In this document: piece after piece, positions 27,815-39,172 of the stretch
How positions within the stretch are numbered: position 1 is the stretch's first letter
How the letters are laid out: the number at the start of each line of letters is the position of its first letter
Translations under genes and position numbers: made by a program
Source of the DNA: Octopus vulgaris
Taxonomy: Eukaryota
DNA: 64,000 nucleotides
Reading direction: 5' to 3'
Assembly (NCBI GenBank): GCA_951406725.2
Contig: OX597822.1
Coordinates: 186,001 to 250,000 of the forward strand
The notes under the pieces: generated by a model
The model's database searches: none
What the model was told of the DNA's origin: nothing
What the model saw: only the letters and a program-made list of their open reading frames with translations

Positions 27815-30800
27815 TGGACGCTTCTAAGGGACAACCTGCTGAAAGCTACTGACCAGATCTGTGGCTGGTGCAAAGTCCCCTCAAGACCCAAAATAACATG
27901 GTGGTGGAACAATATTGTTGACAGGGCTATTAGACAAAAGAAACAGGCTTGGAAGGACTGGAAGAACGGTGGTAGCAGGGAAGTGTATCAGACTGCCAGA
28001 AGGGAAGCTAGGAGGCAGGTGTATTTAGCCAGAGGGGAAGCAGATAAGAAAAAATTTGCCAATGTTCTGCGCTGTGAGGATGAAAGACTTGAGGTATTTC
28101 GTGTTGCAAGACAGTGTGTGAGAGAGAATCATGACGTGGTAGGAGAGAAATGTGTTTGCAAGGATGTCGGTTCACTTGCGCTGAATGAGGATGCAAAGAG
28201 AGAGGTTTGGAGACGCCACTATGAAAGGTTGCTGAATGAGGAAAATGAATGGGATAAAGAGAGTCTGCCGAATGTCGACCCAACAGAGGGACCAGCAATC
28301 CGAGTTAACAGTTCCTTAGTAGTTAAGGCAATTACAAGCATGAAAACAGGGAAAGCCCCAGGCCCATCAGGAATTACTGCAGAGATGCTCAAAATATCTG
28401 GTAGTGTCGGCTATAGCCTAGTCACCCGTATAGTTAACCAGGTGATACACGAAGGAGTCATACCCAATGACTGGTGTAGCAGCATAATAGTCAACTGCTA
28501 CAAAGGTAAAGGTGACGCCCTAGATACAAATAATTACAGGGGTATCAAGCTGCTGGATCAGGTAATGAAGGTTACGGAGAGGGTTATAGCCCAACTAATC
28601 AGAGAGAGTTAGCTTAGACGAGATGCAGTTTGGGTTCGTGCCAGGGAAAAGTACTACTGATGCTATATTCCTGGTAAGACAGCTGCAGGAGAAATACCTA
28701 GCCAAAGATAAGCCCCTGTACCTGGCTTTTGTTGACATGGAGAAAGCCTTCGACAGGGTCCCCCAATCCCTTATCTGGTGGTCAATGAGGAAACTAGGGA
28801 TAGATGAATGGTTAGTGAGAGCTGTGCGAGCCATGTACAGAGACGCTGCTAGTAAGGTGAGGGTTGGCAACGAGTACAGTGAAGAATTCCGGGTAGAGGT
28901 TGGCGTCCACCAAGGTTCAGTCCTCAGTCCCCTCCTATTTATCATAGTCCTCCAGGCAATAACGGAGGAATTCAAGACAAGATGCCCCTGGGAGCTCCTC
29001 TATGCTGATGACCTTGCTCTAATTGCTGAGTCACTATCAGAACTGGAGAAGTTTCAGGTGTGGAATCAAGGTTTAGAATCGAAGGGCCTTAGAATCAACC
29101 TAGCCAAAACCAAAGTCCTAATAAGTAGGAAGGTAGACCAATCACAAATGCCTTCAGGTAGATGGCCCTGCTCGATCTGTAAATAAGGTGTAGGTAGAAA
29201 CTCTATAAGGTGCACCAAGTGTAAGCTATGGACACATAAGAGGTGTAGCAATGTCAAAGGAAGGCTAACTAGGAAAATAGTTTTTGTCTGTGGCAGATAC
29301 TCAGGAGCAATAAACACTGAAAATGTGCAGAGACCAACTTCTACCACGTTCCAGGGAGAAAAACTAGAAGTAGTTGATAGCTTCCGCTACCTAGGTGACC
29401 AAGTCAGTAGCGGGGGTGGGTGTGCTGAAAGTGTAACTGCTAGAGTAAGGATAGCCTGGGCAAAGTTTAGAGAGCTCTTACCCCTGCTGGTGACAAAAGG
29501 CCTCTCGCTCAGAGTAAAAGGCAGACTGTATGATGCATGTGTACGTACAGCCATGCTACATGGTAGTGAAACATGGGCTGTGACTGCTGAGGATATACGT
29601 AAGCTCGCAAGAAATGAAGCCAGTATGCTCCGATGGATGTGTAATGTCAGTGTTCATAATCGACAGAGTGTAAATACCTTGAGAGAAAAGTTGGACCTAA
29701 GAAGCATCAGTTTTGGTGTGCAAGAGAGACGTTTGCGCTGGTATGGTCATGTGACGAGAATAGCTGAAGATAGTTGTGTGCAAAAGTGCCACACCCTAGC
29801 AGTTGACGGAACCTGTGGACGAGGTGGTGAAGCACGACCTTCGAACTCTAGATCTCACCAGAGAAATGACTAGAGACTGAGACCTATGGAAGTATGCTGT
29901 GCACGAGAAGACCCGGCAAGACTAGTGAGACCATAACCCGTGGCCTCTACCTGGTATGTAGCCAGTTGACTTATACATACCTTTCCTTCTTGGGACACAA
30001 AACTCCACTTGTGAAGACCCGTTGAGGCAAGTGAAAATCAAAATCAAAATCAAACAAATCAAATCAGATATCAGAAAGCAGAACCAAAATCGAAGTCGAT
30101 CAACATCAATGGAAATTGCAGCTGTGATACCAGTGCCGGTGACAAGTATGCGAACCATCCGATTGTGGCCGTTGCCAGCTCCGCCCCGACTGGCCTCCGT
30201 GCCGGTGGCACGTAAAAAGCACCATCCGTTCGTAGCCGTTGCCAGCCTCGCCTGGCCCCCGTGCCGGTGGCACGTAAAAAGCACCATTCGTTCGTGGCCG
30301 TTGCCAGCCCCGCCTGGCCCCCGTGCCAGTGGCACGTAAAAAGCACCATCCGATCATGGCTGTTGCCAGCCTCGCCTGGCCCCCGTGCCGGTGGCACGTA
30401 AAAAGCACCATCCATCCGTGGCCGTTTGCCAGCTCCGTCTGGCACCTGTGCGGGCAGCACGTAAAAAGCACCCACTACACTCACGGAGTGGTTGGCGTTA
30501 GGAAGGGCATCCAGCCATAGAAACACTGCCAGATCAGACTGGGCCTGATGCAGCCTTCTGGCTTCACAGACCCCAGTTAAACCGTCCAACCCATGCTAGC
30601 ATGGAAAGCGGACGCTAAATGATGATGATGATGATGATATAGTAATATGTAAAGGTAAGATTCAAGGATCAATGTGTAGGAAATTAGTAAGCTTCAAGCA
30701 GTTTGTACAAAGTATAAAAAAATAACTTTCAGGAACAATAATGGTTTATTGACGTAGAAGGTTGTAAATTTTTTCCCATATTGGAGTTTGATAAGCTGAA

Positions 30801-33800
30801 AAAAATTAATTTTATAGTTTACGGTTAGCAACTGGGGTTGCTGAGTATGCAAATAAAAATCCAAAATTTGGGAATGGAGTAGATAAAATCCAGGCTACAT
30901 ATGTTTCATAGCTAGCAGAACCTTGAAAGTAGTTATTACCCAAACAATGGGTAATCCACTAGCTGCTCATCGAGCCAAAGATATATATCATGGGTAGAAG
31001 TTATGAAGTGACTCAAGGGTTAAGGTTTGTGTGTGTGTGTGTATACGAGGGGTGTATGAAAATTCTAGAGCCTCAAAAAAAAAAAGAAAACAAGGCACAA
31101 GACTTCAAGGCTCGGATCTTTTCCTTTTGAACGGCAGTTTTCAACACAATTTCTAGTAAACTAAACACTTTTAAACTTCGTATACTGGTAGAATGTGTCA
31201 AAATAAAACATTTTTTTCTCTTGGCTTTCTTGAGAAAATTGTAATTTGTAAGTTTAATGTAGTTTAATTTTTCGAATTTTAACCAATCCTATGCCCTCTA
31301 TTTAGCTAAAATCATTTGCTGTGTCTAAAACAGACAACATCCTGTCCCTAACCCTAAATTTTAGCGTTTCGTTTTCTTTTCTTAATTGTTAAATTAATTT
31401 AATTGTTACACGTGTGTCTAAAATTATTCGTTTTGTTTTTGTTTTGAGTTTTTGCTTTCGTTTTTTTTTTCCATTGTTAAATCAAAATTATTTTCCATTG
31501 CTTTCGTTTTAGCCTTTCGTTTTTTTTTCTTAATTGTTATCCTTAAATTAATTTAACAATTAGAAAAAAAAACATGAAAGGCTAAAATTTAGGGTTAGGG
31601 TTAGTGACAGGATGTTGTCTGTTTTAGACACAGCAAATGATTTTAGCTAAATAGAGGGCATAGGATTGGTTAAAATTCGTAAAATTAAACTATGTTAAAC
31701 TTACAAATTACAATTTTCTCAAGAAAGCCAAGAGAAAAAAATGTTTTATTTTGACACATTCTACCAGTATACGAAGTTTAAAGGTGTTTAGTTTACTAGA
31801 AATTGTGTTGAAAACTGCCGTTCAAAAGGAAAAGATCCCAAGGCTCAAAACATTTCATACATCCCGGTGCAGCCTCCTGGCTTCCCAGACCCTGGTCAAA
31901 CTGTCGAACCCATGCTAGTATGGAAAACAGACATTAAGCGATGATGATATATATATTACTATAAATGGAGAATTTTAATTTGCTTGGCTAGAGTTATTGT
32001 CTGTCCAGAAAACTACTGCTGCATTTTAGCCCCAGGCCAGCTCTCATTTAGACCTGTGGTTCGATCAAAAGTACTCAATACATGACCATGCTGTCTTTTT
32101 TCTACCAGCAACAGTGTACTCTAGATAACATTATGCGATACTTGCTTCTTTTTAAGTGTGATATGAGGGAAATAGATTGTTATTTCTGCCAGGCCTTGTA
32201 ACAATATAACGGTTCCATTGTTATTGCTATTGTATGACATAAAGTGGATTGGTAGCAGTGATGAAAATGGGTATTAAGGAACTAAGGGTACACTAAGATC
32301 CCAGGGGCTGAGGTTATATGTGACTAGTTTACTATAAGTTACTCTACATCATGAACTGAAAAAGTTGGCGAATGCCATAGTCTTGTATTTCTTCCCACTG
32401 TTTCCATTCTTGATTGGTGGGTACTACAGTCACTCTGGTTATTGCTTATCTTAATATTCTAGTACATCAACGTATTATATCTAATATATTGAATCCATTG
32501 TCAGCTGTTTTTCTAATTACTGGTGAAAAGTTATGGTCAAGCTGAAAAACAATTGCAGACTATTTTCTTACAAAACAAAAACAAAAAGAAACATTGTATT
32601 ATGAAGTCTTAGATATACAAAATGGTGGAATGGTTATGGATAAAATACCTGTGATTATATAAGCCTGCTTGGTCAGGGCTGACTTGGGGTTAAACAGCAA
32701 TCACAATTTATTGTTCCTTCAGCTCCCTTTTGCCAGAATCTTACCATTTTAGTTTATTAATTAAATTTGTTTCTTTCAGTATTTTTTTAAAAAATAATTT
32801 TGTAATTTGAAAGAAATATGGCAATTTTTTTTCTTTTCTACATTTACACTTTTTCTTCCTTTGCTTCTTTTTTTCTTTCCTGTGAAGGACTACCATCTGA
32901 AATGTTAAGACACTTTTGTTTCAACTTCCTTAAACTAATACCATTTTTTGGGAAATTTTGAGCTTCCTTTGTTGTTCTTTTTAATGTTTACTCCCTGTGT
33001 GTGTGTGTGTGTATATATAGGTACAGATGTGACCATGTGGTTTAGAAGATTGGTTTGGAACCACATGGTTTAGCATTTGTTCCCATGTGGAAGCACATAG
33101 CCTAGTGGTTAGAGCAGCGGACTCACGGTCGAGGGATCGCGGTTTCGAATCTCAGACCGGGCGATGTGTGTGTTTATGAGCGAAACACCTAAGCTCCACG
33201 CAGCTCCGGCAGAAGGTAATGGCGAAACTTCCGCTGATTCTTTCGCCACAACTTTCTCTCACTCTTTCCTTCTGCATCTTGCAGCACACTTGCGATGGAC
33301 CGGTGTCTCGTCCAGGTGGGGAACCTATATGCCAAGAAACTGGGAAACCAGCCCTTATGAGCCAGGCATGGCTTGAGAAGGAACAAACAAAAAACAAACA
33401 ATTTGTTCCCATTACTTTGCATTGTCAGTTGGGTACCTTCTATGTCCACAGGCAGTCCAATGCCTTGTGTTTGAATTGGCAGACAGAAACTGTTAGAAGT
33501 CTCTCATATGTGTTTGTGACTTCACTATGTCTTGACATTGCATGGTGATTGAAACAAACTCACTGTTAATGCAATGTTACTGTTTACAGTTTGCCATGAG
33601 GACATGCCCAACCATTTAGCTGTTCATTGATTGATAGTTTAAAGCAGTGGTTCTCAACTGGAGTCCACATAAGATTATGTGGGGGTACTCATATACAAAA
33701 TTACATAGTAAATTGGGGCCACAATTATTATTTTAAGGGTTCATAAAAAAATTTTGCTATAGATGTATTTATTGACAAGTGAATATGTGATGAGTAAAAT

Positions 33801-36800
33801 AGTAATTTGAAAAGAAGTACCTATAAAATCAGTTTTTAAACTTTGAATAGCTAGGGAGAAGGTCTACCAGAATAAAATAGTAATGAAAAGGGTCCTTAAA
33901 TAAAAGAAAATGGTTGAGAACCACTGGTTTAGAGAAAATGGCATGTAACCTTGTGGTTTGGTATTTGACTCATGATCTTAAGGTTGTGATTTCAATTCCT
34001 GGTGGTGCATTGTGTTCTTGAGCAAGACACTTTAATTCATGTTACTGCAGTTCACTCAGCCGGTGAAAATGAATAGTACCTGTTATTTCAAAGGGCCAGC
34101 CTTGTCACATTCTGTGTCACAGTGAATCTCTCTCAGAACTAAATTATGGGTATGCATTTCTGTTGAGTGCTCAGCCACTTGTATGTTAATTTCATGAGCA
34201 AGCTGTTCTGTTGATTGGATCAACTGGAACCTTCATTGATGTAACTGATGGAATACCAGTCAAGACGAAATATTACCTTGTTTGGAAATAGGTTAAGGTT
34301 GGTGGTAGGAGAGCTTCTGAATGTATAATATCTGCTCTAACAAGCATGGAAATGTTAAAACATGGATGTTAAAATAACAAATGATACTCCAGCTTGATTT
34401 CCCCTTAAAGCCAATGAAGGAGTCTCTATGCAGGTGCTTGATCTGCAGGGTATAGTAGCAGCATCTCCTTAAAGACACACTTTAGTATCTTTAAAAATTA
34501 AATGCAAGAAGGTGGTGAAGTAATCATTATGCCTGAATAAAAAAAAATCAAATACTAAGGGTCATAACTGAAAGTCATATGATCATAGGACTGCCCATTC
34601 AAGACTGATCTGGGGCTAAACAACCATTACAGTTAAAACCTAGTCTGTTGCACTTTTTCAGTTGATATTCTCTTTTCTCCATTCTTCCACAGATACAATG
34701 CTCAACATAAATATGAAGATGCCCTGGAACTACTTTATAAAGGGTCAGTTACACTGCTCCAACACCGTCAGGTTTGTGCTACTCTTTTATATGATTTTAA
34801 CCCTTAACCCTTTAATCTACCTGTTTTATGTTCAGGCTGACCAGATCCAACCTCTCACACCTACCCTACAGTGTTATTCTAAAAATATACAGACACACCT
34901 TTGAAATCTTGAAGCTACAAGGTAATGTGTGATTAATTCAAAATAAGGTGAATAAATGAGCAATACATTTGACAGAAATCTGAATGCTAAAGAGTTAATC
35001 TTTCCATTACTATCTCCTCCCATTTATTTGATTAAATTACAAAGTCATTTTTGAATTTAGTATGAACTTCCCCTTCCCAGTCCTCTGTATTCTCTCATGT
35101 ACTCACTTTTGTATCTTGAGAATATTCTCTGACAGCTTGTTACCACCATCTTTGTCTTCTTTCCAGCTACTTTTACACATCCTTATATATATCTCTTTAC
35201 TACCCACAAGAGGCTAAACACAGAGGGGACAAACAAGGACAGAAAAAGGGATTGTCGATTACATCGACCCCCAGTGCGTAACTGGTACTTAATTTATCGA
35301 CCACGAAAGGATGAAAGGCAAAGTCAACCTCGACGTAATTTGAACTCACAACGTAACGGCAGACGAAATACGGCTACGCATTTCGCCCAGCATGCTAACG
35401 TTTCTGCCAGCTCACCACCTTCGATCCTTATATAATGTTCCTATAACTGGCACTCTGTCAGTTATGACAACAAGAGTTCCAGTTGATCTGATCAGTGGAA
35501 CAGCCTGCTCATGAAATCAATGTGCAAGTGGCTGCATGTTCCTCAGACACGTGTACCCTTAACATAATTCTCAGGGAGATTCAGCGTGACACCAGTGTGA
35601 CAAGGCTGGCTCTTTAAGATACAGGTTCTGCTCATTTTTGCCTGCTGAGTGGACCGGAGCAATGTGAAATAAAATGTCTCACTCAAGGACACAATACATT
35701 GCTGGTAATCAAACTGACAACCTTACAATTGTGAGCCAAATGCCCTAACCTAAAAAGTGGTTGGCTTTATGAAGAGTATCCTTACTGGTAAGTAAGGTAA
35801 AATTCAGTGAAAAACAAAATAATTAAAATTTTGTTTAAATATCACTGTCTAAAAATTTAGTTGTAGGCAGAATGGTTGGTTGGTGTCTTTCTCAACCATG
35901 CCCCACACATAGTAATCCATGGGATTACAATTGGGGGTGGGGGATTAGGGAGGTCCGAAATTGGATCTGTTGAAGTTGTAGAAATTCTCTAACAACCACT
36001 TCTGGCTCTTTCTGGTGATATGGCCAGGAGCCAAATCCTGCTGTTACACATGGCCTTCCAGCAGCAGCCCTTCCCAGCCAGGATTTGACTAGTCTCTAGT
36101 AGCTTAACATCGCTGTCTGAATTGAGCCCATGACCCTATTCAAAGATGTGGGGATGAATTCTGGTGTGCTGACATGATCAGAATACTGTGTCCCTTCTTG
36201 CTAGCCACGGCTTTGTAGTCTATGTTGCAGCTGTGCATGTCACATCTTCCAATCTTTACAGTAGTGTTCACAGAGCATTGAATAGCAGTCTTGATGTTGG
36301 CAATTTGATACCCAACATAAATCATCATGAAACCTAACTCTTTTCTACATCAGCTAACATTTTCTCACAACTTTAATCTTTATGCTCTCCATTACTGTTG
36401 ACTGTTCACTAGTATATCATGCTGTTCCTTGAAAAGGGAGACATAAAAAATTGTCAAATTTAACCCAAACACCCTGTGTATTTATGACCAAAAAAGTTAC
36501 ACAAATCTTATGTAGATATATCAAAGTCCATAGTTTGTTTTTGTTTTGTTTACATTGTATAGCAATTTGTTTTTATGGAACTCTTGAATAAACAAAAGTA
36601 AATGGACATATTGATCTTGTTCTACATTCTTTGGTGAAGCATGCTGGGAAGTAGCTTTCATTTACATTATTTTATACGTGATCATTAGTCCATGTTTTGG
36701 AAAAGCATCTTGTTTGGAAATATTTGTGTTAACAGTTTAGCTGAATATATAAATTTACAGAACAGTATGAAAAATAGGCGTGAAAGCAAAAGTGGTATCT

Positions 36801-38462
36801 ATGCTGTTACTCAGTATGCTAGAAGTAGTAGCTAAACTCCCTAAACTTACACTTGCACATTGGTTAATATCGTCCTAGATACACTATGCTGAAGGTAAGA
36901 TTGGATAGTCAGTCTTGACTGGAATGTCTTGTAGTCTACTGGATCAGGACTGGTCTAGGGTTAAACAACAGTGGTGAGAAAAATCACTATTTTTATATCA
37001 CTATCTTTATATATCTCAACTCAATAACTGAAAGTAAAAATTAAAGAATGTAGAGGAAAACCTCTATATTGTCACTTCCCTGCTAGAAATAGCAGCCTAA
37101 TTTCCTACATATTATATACTACCCACAAAGATGGTTTTAGATACATGGTCTGAAAAAATAACATAGAATGATCATAGCTGTAATATCCTTTCTGATTGTA
37201 AGTCTCCTGGATCTGGAATGACCCTAGATTAAACAATCACCACCAGGTAAATTCGGAAGAAAATAATCAACCCACACATGAAATTGTTGAGATTCTTCTA
37301 TCACATGGCCATCTTTGTAGAATCATGGTGATATACAAGAGTTGAAAGATGAGAGGTATTTTTGGAGCTGAATCTCTTACTTCAAGTATTCGTTGTTGTG
37401 GAAATGTTAAGTAAACAGACCAACAAGTGCCTTCACATTTGCAGGTTATTTCATTTCTCACCACTGTATAATAGAGCCTATTGTTTCAGCCAAGCCAAGG
37501 TATGTAATCTCAGTAAGCTCATTGTCTGTGCAGCTGAGGTGAAAATGTGAACAGCTATGTTTCACACACAACTTTAAAACAAACTGTTACCTGAAACTTC
37601 TAAATTGGAATCTTGTTCTGTATCTGAACCTGGGAGTGATTGTTGTGCTGTGGTAGCTCTCAACATACGCTGTTGCATAAATCTTGCTAAGCATCTATCG
37701 ACGTCCATGGCATATAGACGGCGTGAACTACTTGATTCACATATATTTCAATGGGTCTTTCATATTCTTCTGCACTTTGTAAACACAGCATAGCATGATA
37801 TTGTTTAACCCTTTAGCATTCATTCTACTCTGTCAAATATAATGCTTATGTATTTACATTATTTTGAATTACGCATGCATTGTCTTGTTGCTTTGAGATT
37901 TCAATGATATGATTCGTTACTTTTAGAATGACATTGTAGAGTATGTGTAAGAGGCAAAATCTGGCTAGTTTTAACGTAAAATAGGAAAAATATTTGGGCT
38001 GGATATGGCTGGTTTAAATGCCAAAACGCAAAACCTATGACATTTAATTATTTAATTTATAAAATAATAATAAAATAATATACCTTGTGAGTGATTTGTT
38101 AGATAGAAACTGAAAAAGTGTATGTGTGTGTGTGGTAAGACATCTGCTTCTCAATCACATGGTTCTGGGTTCAGTCCCACTGTGTGGCATCTTCGGCAAG
38201 AGTCTTCTGTTGTAGCCTTGGGCCAACCAAAGACTTGTGATTGGATTTGGTTAACAGAAACTGAAAGAAGCCTGCTGTGTGTTTGCCCCCTACCACTGCT
38301 TGATAACCAGTGTTAGTGTGTTTACGTTCCCATAACAGCAGTCCAGCAAAAGAGACTGATAGAATAAGTACGAGGTTTAAAAAAAAATATTGGGTTTAAT
38401 TTGTTCAATTAAAATTCTTCAGGGTGGTGTCTCAGCATGGGCACAATCTAATAACTGAAACA

Positions 38463-38507
<45 letters not shown>

Positions 38508-39131
38508 TATATATATACGTTTGAAATTGAACCAATCCTATGACTGGCACCCGGCAGTTGCCAGTGCCGCTGGACTGACTCCTGTGCAGGTGGCAAGTAA
38601 AGAAATGCCATTTCGACCCTGTGCTTGAGGGAACCTATTGAGTCAAGTACATCAACATCAAAAATCAATGGAAATTGTAGTTGTGATCCCTGTGCTGGTG
38701 GCACGTAAGAAACACCGCCTTGACTAGCTTCCATGCCGGTGGCACATAAAAAGCACCAATCCGATCGTGGCCGTTGCCAGCCTCTCCTGGCACCTGTGCG
38801 GGTGGCACGTAAAAGCACCCACTACACTCTCGGAGTGGTTGGCGTTAGGAAGGGCATCTAGCTGTAGAAACACTGCCAGATCAGACTGGAGCCTGGTGCA
38901 GCCTCCTGGTTTCCCAGACCCCGGTCAAACCTTCCAGCCCATGCTAGCATGGAAAACGGACATTAAACGATGATGATGATGATGATAGGTATAATATTGT
39001 TTGGGAATTAAGAAGGTCACTACTTCCCAACAATGTGGTTTGGGGTTCAGTCCTACTGCATGGTACCTTGGGCAAGTGCATCTATTAAAGCCTTATGAGT
39101 GGAATTGGAAAATGAAAACTGAAAGTTCATC

Positions 39132-39172
<41 letters not shown>

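Noticed and set aside
27764-29873. ORFs of 282, 187 and 182 aa as host genes
   Set aside because: Fragments of one broken RTE ORF; the first start lies in a microsatellite.
30133-30472. CRISPR-like regularly spaced repeats
   Set aside because: The intervening segments are near-identical rather than unique spacers, there are no cas genes, and the array is part of a eukaryotic LINE 3'UTR.
29922-30589. Several overlapping 100-170 aa ORFs
   Set aside because: Artefacts of the GC-rich 62-bp tandem array.
31346-31604. Interstitial telomere / chromosome fusion site
   Set aside because: Only 2-3 units per side, inside the TIRs of a TSD-bounded transposon.
33090-33165. tRNA gene (also 20281-20350)
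   Set aside because: A/B boxes present, but it is the head of a TSD-flanked SINE with no complete cloverleaf.
35990-36330. GC-richer segments possibly coding (also 26140-26400 and 1050-1310)
   Set aside because: Probably very old retroelement debris; no motif I could assign with confidence.
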